A stretch of DNA of 64,000 nucleotides from contig CAWIIQ010000001.1 in the NCBI GenBank assembly GCA_963836185.1, positions 1,049,424-1,113,423 of the forward strand. The letters run 5' to 3'. This document shows, piece by piece, positions 53,647 to 63,628 of this stretch. Position 1 is the stretch's first letter; every line of letters begins with the position of its first letter. The position numbers were made by a program, and so were the translations under genes. The notes below the pieces were generated by a model, which saw only the letters and a list, made by a program, of their open reading frames with translations, was not told the origin of the DNA and made no database searches. Source of the stretch: Candidatus Krumholzibacteriia bacterium. GTDB lineage: Bacteria; Krumholzibacteriota; Krumholzibacteriia; Krumholzibacteriales; Krumholzibacteriaceae.

Positions 53647-54207
53647 ATGCATATGAGAACTACACTGAATATTGACGATGATCTGATTCGCAAGGCAGCG
53701 AAGATGACAGGGATCAGCGAGAAGACTTCCCTGGTACGCCTCGGGCTTGAAGCATTGATCGCTCTTGAGAGCGCGAGAAGGCTAGCAGCTCTTGGCGGCA
53801 CAGAGAAAGATCTTGGCCCTGATTCCTCGCAAACGAACGAGTTCGTGAGTATGATCCTGGCTGATACATCTGTATGGATCGATCATCTTCGCAATGGAAA
53901 CAAGCGGATGGCTCTTTTTCTGAACGAAGGTGTCGTTTTGTGTCATCCTTTCATACTCGGGGAATTGGCCTGTGGGAACCTCAAAAACAGAGCTAAAATA
54001 CTCGATATGCTTGCTTCCCTTCCGACAATGCCAGTTGCAGAGCACAGTGAAGTGCTTGATTTCATTTCCCGATACAAATTCCAAGGGAAGGGTATAGGGT
54101 GGATCGATGCCCATCTGTTGGCATCAACATTTCTGGCGAAAAGCCGAATCTGGACTCTCGACAAATCTTTACTAAAGATAGCAAAAGACCTGAAGGTCTC
54201 AATATAG
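53647..54207 (+). CDS. cassette 10: VapB-like antitoxin + PIN-domain VapC toxin in a single open frame
   Basis: N-terminal MRTTLNIDDDLIRKAAKMTGISEKTSLVRLGLEALIA (VapB/DUF2191-like). C-terminal MILADTSVWIDHL...GELACGN...IDAHLLA (PIN acidic residues). No stop between the two parts. Confidence 0.7.
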   Translation: MHMRTTLNIDDDLIRKAAKMTGISEKTSLVRLGLEALIALESARRLAALGGTEKDLGPDSSQTNEFVSMILADTSVWIDHLRNGNKRMALFLNEGVVLCHPFILGELACGNLKNRAKILDMLASLPTMPVAEHSEVLDFISRYKFQGKGIGWIDAHLLASTFLAKSRIWTLDKSLLKIAKDLKVSI

Positions 54208-54239
54208 GGCAATCAAAAGGTTTAGTAGCCGGCCACTTC

Positions 54240-54382
54240 GTATAACAGAGTGTTCGCGGCTGCGGGCCTTGCGGCCCTTCGCTCAGATGGCCTTTGTCAC
54301 GGCGGCCGCAGGAGCACCCGCCGCGCCAACCGGGCCTGGCGGCCCGGACGGCCACCTCGCGAACACGACCAATGTTATCCGA
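54240..54382 (+). repeat. attC site 11 (type A)
   Basis: gtATAACAGagtgttcgcgg ... caatGTTATCCg. Confidence 0.8.
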
Positions 54383-54397
54383 AAGCGCGGGATATGT

Positions 54398-54760
54398 ATG
54401 AATAAAAAAATCGCATTATCGATCCCATTACTTCTTGTAGTTGCATGTAATCTATTCAAGCCACCTGAAAAGATACAAACATGGGCTGATGTCGAACAGA
54501 TTGTTGTTCCTGATACTGTTGACTATTTCGAAGCTTTCGAGATCAGCGCTGAAATTTCAATGGACCATACATGTAAGTATGTAGGTCCTGTGCTGGAAGA
54601 AACTTCTGAGGGCTGCTCCATTACCATTATCGTTGAATCTGTGGAAGTGAGCTTTCATGAAAAGGATATTTCTGAGTGGCATACCTTTACTCTGAGACCT
54701 CTCGAATTGGGATCTTACATCATCAGGGTGAAAAGTAAGAATGTGGAAGATTCTTGTTGA
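54398..54760 (+). CDS. cassette 11: lipoprotein, 'EWHxF' family member 2
   Basis: MNKKIALSIPLLLVVACNLF... contains ...PDT...SEWHTFTLRP.... Confidence 0.6.
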   Translation: MNKKIALSIPLLLVVACNLFKPPEKIQTWADVEQIVVPDTVDYFEAFEISAEISMDHTCKYVGPVLEETSEGCSITIIVESVEVSFHEKDISEWHTFTLRPLELGSYIIRVKSKNVEDSC

Positions 54761-54789
54761 TTCAACTTACGTTCGTTAGATGCGCCATC

Positions 54790-54932
54790 GGATAACAGTG
54801 TGTTCGCGGCTACAGGCCTTGCGGCCTTTCGCTCAGATGGCCTTTGTCACGGCGGCCGCAGGAGCGCCCGCCGCGCCAACCGGGCCTGGGGGCCCGGACG
54901 GCCACCTCGCGAACACGACCAATGTTATGCGA
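54790..54932 (+). repeat. attC site 12 (type A)
   Basis: ggATAACAGtgtgttcgcgg ... caatGTTATGCg. Confidence 0.8.
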
Positions 54933-54946
54933 AGGCGAGGGGAACA

Positions 54947-55336
54947 ATGAAATTAGCGGTTGGAATAATTGCAATTATCGTTATTTGCTCTTCCTGCGAA
55001 GATCCACCAGTAAAAGTATGTGACCGACCAGTAATGTTGGAAGTAGAACAGTTGATGGCTCCGGATTCTTGCAGGTTAGGTGAGCAGGCACAATTACAAG
55101 TCGAAGTAATTCTTAACGGTTCAAGTTATAGTTATTTCGGCCCCGACATTAACGACACAGATTCGGGTTGTAGAATAAGGATTATGGGAGAAAAAGATGA
55201 ATGTGCACTTAACACTCCTTGCATTTGCTACGAGTGGCATTCGTTTGTTATTTCCCCCTCACAAACGGGAATATACATAATAGAGATAATTAATTCTCAA
55301 GCTGATGATTTAGCGGATACAATAACAGTGTATTAG
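54947..55336 (+). CDS. cassette 12: lipoprotein, 'EWHxF' family member 3
   Basis: MKLAVGIIAIIVICSSCEDP... contains ...YEWHSFVISP.... Confidence 0.6.
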   Translation: MKLAVGIIAIIVICSSCEDPPVKVCDRPVMLEVEQLMAPDSCRLGEQAQLQVEVILNGSSYSYFGPDINDTDSGCRIRIMGEKDECALNTPCICYEWHSFVISPSQTGIYIIEIINSQADDLADTITVY

Positions 55337-55346
55337 CTGTGCCATC

Positions 55347-55486
55347 GGATAACAGAGTGTTCGCGGCTGCAGGCCTTCGGCCTTTCGCTCAGATGGCCTT
55401 TGTCACGACAGCCGCAGGGCGACTGCCGCGCTAACCGGGCCTGGCGGCCCGGACGGCCACCTCGCGAACACGACCAATGTTATGTG
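55347..55486 (+). repeat. attC site 13 (type A)
   Basis: ggATAACAGagtgttcgcgg ... caatGTTATGTg. Confidence 0.8.
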
Positions 55487-55512
55487 CAATGCTGTGCATT
55501 AATTTAAAGGGG

Positions 55513-55677
55513 ATGAAGTTGAAGAAACTATCTCTGATCATCGGAATTCTCGCATTAGCCGTTGCAATAATCATCTTCATATATGCTTCTGGTGCTAGGC
55601 GAATTTATAGCGGCCTCTTATTTATATTGATAGCTATCATCCAATTCACTTTTGCTCTTCGAAAAGGTGATAAATGA
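55513..55677 (+). CDS. cassette 13: small two-TM membrane protein (54 aa)
   Basis: MKLKKLSLIIGILALAVAIIIFIYASGARRIYSGLLFILIAIIQFTFALRKGDK. Confidence 0.4.
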   Translation: MKLKKLSLIIGILALAVAIIIFIYASGARRIYSGLLFILIAIIQFTFALRKGDK

Positions 55678-55693
55678 TCAATAAGGGCACTGC

Positions 55694-55768
55694 ACATAAC
55701 AGAGTGTTCGCGGCTGCGGGCCTTGCGGCCCGGACGGCCATCTCGCGAACACGACCAACGTTATGCGA
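55694..55768 (+). repeat. attC site 14 (short variant, ~75 bp, central region deleted)
   Basis: acATAACAGagtgttcgcggctgcgggccttgcggcccggacggccatctcgcgaacacgaccaacGTTATGC. Confidence 0.7.
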
Positions 55769-55812
55769 AAAGCCGCAGACGTTAAAACCTACCCCTGGGA
55801 GGAGATGATGTG

Positions 55813-56269
55813 ATGTTGAAATCAGGAATGTTCATCATTGCCGCTGTTTTTTTTATTCTCGCTCCTTATTTCTTGTGAGGATGAAGAAGGCATCATTTGT
55901 GGGGGAGAGTGCCTTTATCATGAGATACCAGGCACAGCATCTATTATTTCTGTTACTGATATTGATGGATCTACCTATTGTGGAGATCCTGTCGAGGTGA
56001 TTTACAACTTTACTCCAGATGATCCAAGCGATATTGATCCAGACTATTTGACGATTTGGCCACTCGATAATATTTACTACAAGATAGGTCAAAACAATCC
56101 GCCACGAAGATGGGTTGAAACGCATGGACTTCTGGCAGGAACAGACCATCCATGTACAAGATTTAGGATTTACAAGGGATCTTGTGTGCCTGTTGGATAC
56201 AATTTTGATGGCATAGATGATTACAGTGTCTCTGATTCATGTGATGTATGGGAGCAAGAGATACCATAA
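55813..56269 (+). CDS. cassette 14: lipoprotein of the 'DSCxVWE' family; frameshift in a T8 homopolymer at ~55848
   Basis: ATG 55813 gives MLKSGMFIIAAVFF. After removing one T of the T8 run this continues ...LFSLLISCEDEEG... (lipobox). C-terminus ...DSCDVWEQEIP. Confidence 0.5.
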
Positions 56270-56293
56270 GTAAACTTGATTACTGCGACCACC

Positions 56294-56426
56294 GCATAAC
56301 AGAGGCATTTGCGTACTCGCCTGGCTTCGCCAGAACTAGGCTGTCACGGCCGTTGCAATTTGAGTGCATGATGATAGATAAATAGGGGATTGCGGCTGCG
56401 CCGCGAATGCTCACAATGTTATACGG
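56294..56426 (+). repeat. attC site 15 (type B-like variant, diverged arms)
   Basis: gcATAACAGaggcatttgcg ... cgcgaatgctcacaatGTTATAC. Shares the ...ctcacaatgttatac end with site 6. Confidence 0.65.
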
Positions 56427-56452
56427 CATGCAGTTCATGGCAGGGGAATAAA

Positions 56453-56995
56453 TTGATCCATATAGTATTTGATCTCGAAGCTACCTGCTGGGAACAGGGC
56501 ACAACGCCGAGTCGAATGGAAATTATTGAAATTGGGGCCACAAGGCTGCACCCTGATACATACGAAATCGATAGTGTGTTCTCTACCTTTGTGCGACCTG
56601 TCGAGGAACCTGAGCTAAGCGACTTCTGCAAGAACCTAACATCCATCCAACAAACTGACGTCGATCTTGCGCCTGTTTTTCCCGAGGCGATGGATATGTT
56701 CTTTGCCTGGATTGATGCTAGTGAAGTTACCTTTTATTCCTGGGGCTACTATGATATCAAGCAGATCCGAATGGATTACCAGCGTCATGGAAATTCTGAG
56801 CCGGCGGCATTCAGTAGCCACGTTAATTTGAAGAAGCTATTTTCTGAGATCTATGGCAGGAAGCCTTGTGGAATGCGGAAGGCTCTAAATATACTTGGGT
56901 TGGGGCATGAAGGGACGCATCATAGGGGTGTGGATGATGCAAAGAACATTTCCAGGATCGCTAAAGTAATTCTTCCGGAATATTATGGCTCCTGA
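56453..56995 (+). CDS. cassette 15: DEDDh-type 3'-5' exonuclease (DnaQ-like/ERI-1-KapD-like)
   Basis: Exo I IHIVFDLEAT, Exo II ...FYSWGYYD, Exo III HHRGVDDAKNISRI (H-x4-D). TTG 56453 is the likely start. The longer table ORF starts inside attC 15. Confidence 0.7.
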   Translation: MIHIVFDLEATCWEQGTTPSRMEIIEIGATRLHPDTYEIDSVFSTFVRPVEEPELSDFCKNLTSIQQTDVDLAPVFPEAMDMFFAWIDASEVTFYSWGYYDIKQIRMDYQRHGNSEPAAFSSHVNLKKLFSEIYGRKPCGMRKALNILGLGHEGTHHRGVDDAKNISRIAKVILPEYYGS

Positions 56996-57042
56996 AGACC
57001 TGAGTATTGGGGAACTGGACTTTGAATAGGTGGCTGCACGCC

Positions 57043-57105
57043 GGATAACAGTGTGTTCGCGGCTGCAGGCTCAGGCGGCCACCTCGCGAGCATAAGCAAT
57101 TGAAG
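57043..57105 (+). repeat. attC site 16 (truncated, R' core mutated): array terminus
   Basis: cggATAACAGtgtgttcgcggctgcaggc|tcaggcggccacctcgcgagcataagcaattg. Central part missing. GTTAT replaced. Confidence 0.6.
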
Positions 57106-57216
57106 CCTTGTATTTCAATTGCTGTACGATATACTTTGCCGGGCGAAGTACTCTATTACAGGTATCCAGTCAGATATGCATATCAATGGCAGCGCTATAC
57201 AGGAGTTGAAATATAG

Positions 57217-59436
<2,220 letters not shown>

Positions 59437-59516
59437 AAGGAAAGATTAAGGTATCGATTAGTTTAATAGATGCTCATGAGGTCAGGAAAATCCTAAATCT
59501 CTTTCAGGAGAGGGGT

Positions 59517-59939
59517 ATGAAAGAATTCTATGTAATTGTCTTTTGTGGCTTAATCCTGCCATTTATACCTTCCTGTGGTTGTGATTCCATGCAGGTCGAA
59601 GGAACAGCCAAGATTCTTTCTGTTACAGTGATAGATACCCTGACAGAATGTGGTGGTCTGGCTGAAGTGCGTTTTGATTTTATTCCAGATGATCCGTCGA
59701 TGACTCAGGAAACCAGATTGAGCATGTACCAGACGACAGATGTAAAGTGGAGAGTGCTGTATTACGAGTATCCCCCGAAGAAATGGTTGGATTTAGTCGG
59801 TGTAACTGAGGGATCTGAGCAAAGATGCAGTTTTGAGTGCTATTGGGGTGGAGGTTGTGGAGGATGGAACTGGGATTTCCTCGATGTCTCTGAGGAGTCA
59901 GCGATCGATTCATGTGAGGTATGGGAGGGAGAGGAGTAG
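59517..59939 (+). CDS. lipoprotein of the 'DSCxVWE' family (outside the attC array)
   Basis: MKEFYVIVFCGLILPFIPSCGCDS...YPPKKWLDLVGVTEGSEQRCSFECYWGGGCGG...IDSCEVWEGEE. Collinear with cassette genes at 43394 and 55813. RBS aggagagggg. Confidence 0.6.
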   Translation: MKEFYVIVFCGLILPFIPSCGCDSMQVEGTAKILSVTVIDTLTECGGLAEVRFDFIPDDPSMTQETRLSMYQTTDVKWRVLYYEYPPKKWLDLVGVTEGSEQRCSFECYWGGGCGGWNWDFLDVSEESAIDSCEVWEGEE

Positions 59940-59942
59940 GGC

Positions 59943-60359
59943 TTGTTTAAAATCGTAGTAGTTTTCATCTTATTCGTTACTCTTTTTCCCGGATGTTCTG
60001 AGGAGAGTGTAGCTCCTGAACCAGGGGGCGCTATTGACGATCCTTGCAGAGGGAACAATCCTCCTGCAATTGAAGCTCTGCCTGACACATTCGTAGCACT
60101 CGGTGATACGATCTGGCTGTACGCCGTCGGGCACGATCCTGATCATGACGAGATTCATTTCCTCAGCAGCTGCAACAATATAACATGGGCACAATTGCAG
60201 TCTGGAGATCTGCCGATATTTGGAGTAAACGCTAAAACAGGAGTGTTCAGATTTGTGCCGCGATCTTACGATGATCCCTACAGGGTATTCGAGGTCTGGG
60301 CCGCGGATTCCTGTGACGCTATTAATTCCTCGGAATTCACTATTCAAGTTACGCAATAG
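59943..60359 (+). CDS. lipoprotein with Ig-like/cadherin-like fold (putative)
   Basis: Lipobox LFPGCSEES. Motifs PPAIEALPDTFVALGDTIWLYAVGHDPDHDEIHF resemble dystroglycan-type cadherin-like/He_PIG domains. AT-rich. Confidence 0.5.
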   Translation: MFKIVVVFILFVTLFPGCSEESVAPEPGGAIDDPCRGNNPPAIEALPDTFVALGDTIWLYAVGHDPDHDEIHFLSSCNNITWAQLQSGDLPIFGVNAKTGVFRFVPRSYDDPYRVFEVWAADSCDAINSSEFTIQVTQ

Positions 60360-60438
60360 AATATATAGACTCACAAAATCTGTAGGACAATGCGGAAATA
60401 CCACTTGTCAGAATCTGTGATGACGGTATTTTCAAGGT

Positions 60439-61053
60439 ATGAAGAGAAACATTGCTATATTGCTTTTTCTCCTCGCGATCACATCCCCACTCAGAATCAA
60501 TGCTGAAGTCCTGGGCACGGCGCAATACACCATGTCCTTTGCTAATTTTGGATATATTGATTCGATGCCGTTGCTGCTCGAACTTCATATAAAGATGTTT
60601 AATTTGACTCCTCTTGATGGAGAATCAACTGGTGAGATATGTACGATACCTTTCGAGGCACATCTGGATTCGACCGATGTCGATACGGTTCTTGTGGCGA
60701 ATGAGGGAGTCTGGTGGACGGAACGTGCTAAAGAACTTTTAACCAATGATCATTCGGAGGGTATTGGAATAGGGTGCTACCTGGTATGGCCAAGCGGTGG
60801 AATCGGCGGCTTCTGGTTCTATGATCCTGAGCAAGAAGCCTTTCTGCTCAATAGTGCGGACTTTCACGGAGCGACGATCACTGGTATTTCCCTCAGAGTC
60901 GATGAAATATCATTTGATATCATCGATGGGCATATTGGAGAACTGGTTGATGTGTACTGCCGTGCGACATTGATCGTTGAGGGCAGTTGGAACAATAATG
61001 TCGCGACCGAAGAATCCTCATGGGGATATATCAAAACGATCCCTTCTCAATAG
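60439..61053 (+). CDS. secreted hypothetical protein with C-terminal ATEESSWGYIK motif
   Basis: Signal peptide MKRNIAILLFLLAITSPLRINA. C-terminus ...NNVATEESSWGYIKTIPSQ shared with the ORF ending at 36253. Confidence 0.5.
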   Translation: MKRNIAILLFLLAITSPLRINAEVLGTAQYTMSFANFGYIDSMPLLLELHIKMFNLTPLDGESTGEICTIPFEAHLDSTDVDTVLVANEGVWWTERAKELLTNDHSEGIGIGCYLVWPSGGIGGFWFYDPEQEAFLLNSADFHGATITGISLRVDEISFDIIDGHIGELVDVYCRATLIVEGSWNNNVATEESSWGYIKTIPSQ

Positions 61054-61107
61054 ACACCAGTCATATTCAATGCTTATAATGCTGTCCGTTATACTAGCGG
61101 AGGTTAT

Positions 61108-61590
61108 ATGAAGCGAATCCTGGTTATTCTTGCGGTCGTAGTAGTTGTTGTTGTTTCGTGTTCCGATGATGATTCCATTACTGCGCCGGAACCATGCACT
61201 CCATTCTTTTCTGCAGAGTCTCTTCAAGTCGTGGTGGAGTATATATATTTACCGCTTCTTGACGTATGGGTGTGGGGCGCTAAAGCAACATACAAATATG
61301 AACTTTATGGATGCAGCGGGAAGATTCACACGCATGAGTTTGTCTTTAGTGAGCCGGGCGAGACACTTACTGTTCATGACAATACTATCGCCGATTGTTT
61401 TGAGCCGATAGATATACAACTCGACAAGACTGCAAGAGTGTCGACTACGGACGATCTGTTTGCTGGATTTGACAGTGTGACGGTATTTTTCACCCTGAGA
61501 GGACTTCACCAGCAATGTTATAGCGGCGCTGTGGACAGCATCGCACCTATAATATGGAGCAATACAGTTCGCGCGGAAGTATTAGATTAG
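61108..61590 (+). CDS. hypothetical lipoprotein
   Basis: MKRILVILAVVVVVVVSCSDDD lipobox. AT-rich. Confidence 0.5.
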   Translation: MKRILVILAVVVVVVVSCSDDDSITAPEPCTPFFSAESLQVVVEYIYLPLLDVWVWGAKATYKYELYGCSGKIHTHEFVFSEPGETLTVHDNTIADCFEPIDIQLDKTARVSTTDDLFAGFDSVTVFFTLRGLHQQCYSGAVDSIAPIIWSNTVRAEVLD

Positions 61591-61638
61591 AGTCGAACCG
61601 GACGATTATCCATGACCAGGAGTAGAGAGAAGAGAGTG

Positions 61639-61854
61639 ATGTACAGGATCTTAATCGCTATAGTAGTTTTAGTCTCGATTGCTTCATGTACGGGAACTGC
61701 CGGGGACAGCTCGAAGGAGAAGCTGACTCAGCGTGAGAGGGACAGTATCCTCGCTGAGACCGATCTTCCGGGAGCGGGCGTCGTCGGAAAAGCTATCGAA
61801 GCGTCAGATTCCTCAGCCGCGAGAGCCAGGAGGCTTGATGAGCAGTCTGACTAG
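61639..61854 (+). CDS. small lipoprotein (71 aa)
   Basis: MYRILIAIVVLVSIASCTGT lipobox. Internal ATG of table ORF 61612. Confidence 0.45.
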   Translation: MYRILIAIVVLVSIASCTGTAGDSSKEKLTQRERDSILAETDLPGAGVVGKAIEASDSSAARARRLDEQSD

Positions 61855-61884
61855 TCATGGCCGGGCTCAGGGGCATACCCAACT

Positions 61885-62484
61885 ATGAAAAATGCCGCTA
61901 TTTCTTTCATCCTGATGGTCAGCCTCGTTTTCGGCTGTTCCAGGCCCTATTCGGAACTGGACCTTCCGTATGAAGACGAGACGGAAAAGGAAGATTACGC
62001 TGTATATTCGGAAAGTATCGAGTATGTCTACCTGCGCAATCTGGTATCGCACAATAAACGAGATGTCAAATCTATCGTAGTCATCTCGCAGACTGATGAA
62101 CTCAACGAGTACTGGAAGAACAAGTTTATCAGCGAGCTCGAGGACGAAGGCATACAGGAAGAAGTGATCGAAGCCTGGAGGACGGAAAACAATTCTGTAA
62201 TTCTTCTCCAGAGGAAATTTGATTTTGATTACGAATACTTCATCGTTAACAGAGATGAGCTCGATGAATACGGATCCGAACATTTCTTCAGTGAGTTTTA
62301 CAAGCGATATCCTGATTCGAACGGGCTGATCTCGGTCTCCAGGATCGGATATGACGAAACGAGGACTACAGCGCTGATCCACGTGATACACAGCTTCGGT
62401 ACGCTCGGAGCGAGATACTACTTTCTTGTGCTGCAAAAGAGTGCTGGTGGATGGGATGTGGTTCGGAGGATCTCTACCGGGTAA
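61885..62484 (+). CDS. hypothetical lipoprotein
   Basis: MKNAAISFILMVSLVFGCSRP lipobox. AT-rich. Confidence 0.5.
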   Translation: MKNAAISFILMVSLVFGCSRPYSELDLPYEDETEKEDYAVYSESIEYVYLRNLVSHNKRDVKSIVVISQTDELNEYWKNKFISELEDEGIQEEVIEAWRTENNSVILLQRKFDFDYEYFIVNRDELDEYGSEHFFSEFYKRYPDSNGLISVSRIGYDETRTTALIHVIHSFGTLGARYYFLVLQKSAGGWDVVRRISTG

Positions 62485-62932
62485 TCAGGTATCAGTCTCG
62501 ATACTGCCACACAGTCTGCGTGAACAGAAAGTTCATATCAAAAAAAAGTGAGGGAATATAAGGGTTGCGGGCTCATATCCCCTCAGTGCCGATTCGGATT
62601 GCAATCAAGGTTGACAGCAGAGCAACCATGCTTATCAAGGATACGTTTCCTGCCATATTTAATGACTTATTTACCGTATCCTGAAGTCCCGTTAAGGGCT
62701 CTTCTCATTAATAATAAATATGTGTAGCTGCTGCCTCCTCGGTTGAGAGCCTGTCGACATTCAAAGTATAACCGGATATCTGAATCTGTCCAGACCGGTA
62801 CTGGATATCGGCTGGATTGACAAACGTTCCGGCAGTGATATACTGATAGCGTCTGGTTGACCGGGGGAACTGCCTGTCAGGCTCTGATGGCATCGCTTCC
62901 ATTTATCATACCGAACGAACGAGTAACGTATT

Positions 62933-63490
62933 ATGCATATACTTTCCATCTTCATGTTTTTCATGTTCCTGTACTGGTTGAGCAACAGGCTCAGCCGGCC
63001 TGCTCCAAAGCCGTTCATGGAGCCATGGCACAGAGGTGTTTCCACGGAGGAACTGGTAAGGCTGTACGATTCCTGTGACATCCTGGTCTTCGGGCGAATC
63101 GAAAATCTCGAGAACATGGACGTCGAAAGGTATGTCATGGGAGCAAGACATAGATTCGTCGAGGTCCATCTCGAAGTCAGGGTGGCGCTGCCACAGGATT
63201 TGAAGGATTCTGACGCAGTGATCAATTCGTGTTATTTCACACGGCAGGGAGACTTGAGCGGAGGGAGTAAAGGAGTCGGAGTCTATCCAGGGCTGAATGA
63301 TAAGATCTGCCTCGGGTTGTTTATGAATTCGGTTAAAAACGGTGTTCATTATCTCGGGTCGAACAATCCCTTTTACCTGATCAGCGATGATAAATGGATG
63401 CCGTACGCAAGAAGGCAATGGATAGACCTTATCCCCGCGGACAGACCTCTCACGTGCGATTTTACTGATTCAGGCTCCAGCATCAACTAG
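62933..63490 (+). CDS. hypothetical protein
   Basis: Table ORF. N-terminal hydrophobic segment. No recognised domain. Confidence 0.4.
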   Translation: MHILSIFMFFMFLYWLSNRLSRPAPKPFMEPWHRGVSTEELVRLYDSCDILVFGRIENLENMDVERYVMGARHRFVEVHLEVRVALPQDLKDSDAVINSCYFTRQGDLSGGSKGVGVYPGLNDKICLGLFMNSVKNGVHYLGSNNPFYLISDDKWMPYARRQWIDLIPADRPLTCDFTDSGSSIN

Positions 63491-63628
63491 AGATAACCAT
63501 TCATTTTTCAACCAGGCACAACTTTCAGTAGTAATTCCAGCCGGAATATCGTACAAATTCCCAAGATATTGAAACTAATGAATATCCGTTCTGATTGCGT
63601 TACGGAATCATCGACGAAAGGAGCCTTG

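Larger units (their letters stand above)
42356..57105 (+). mobile_element. sedentary chromosomal integron: integrase + at least 16 attC sites + about 16 cassettes
   Basis: Directional about 141-bp GC-rich imperfect palindromes with conserved R''/R' cores flanking AT-rich short ORFs, all co-oriented. Tyrosine recombinase at the array origin. Confidence 0.8.

Noticed and set aside
43767-54355. Many table ORFs lying across the attC repeats (for example 43767..43973, 43777..43989, 44434..44742(-), 44968..45174(-), 47146..47358, 47178..47459(-), 48025..48264, 51669..51908, 53409..53801(-), 54062..54355(-), 54269..54760 N-terminal part)
   Set aside because: They are the same GC-rich repeat translated in different frames and strands (recurrent peptide ...AAGLRPFAQMAFVTAAAG.../...RPGWRGGRSSGRRDKGHLSE...). 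These are artefacts of stop-poor GC-rich DNA. Real cassette genes start after the repeat.
43832-57105. Possible CRISPR array (regular direct repeats)
   Set aside because: Repeat unit is about 141 bp (CRISPR repeats are 23-47 bp). Inter-repeat units are 0.17-3 kb, of very unequal length, and contain genes. Repeats have inverted R''/R' cores typical of attC. No cas genes.
43832-57105. MITE / REP-type interspersed repeats
   Set aside because: All copies are in one orientation. They are confined to one locus beside a tyrosine recombinase. Copies begin and end on complementary 7-bp cores with start codons overlapping R'. No target-site duplications seen.
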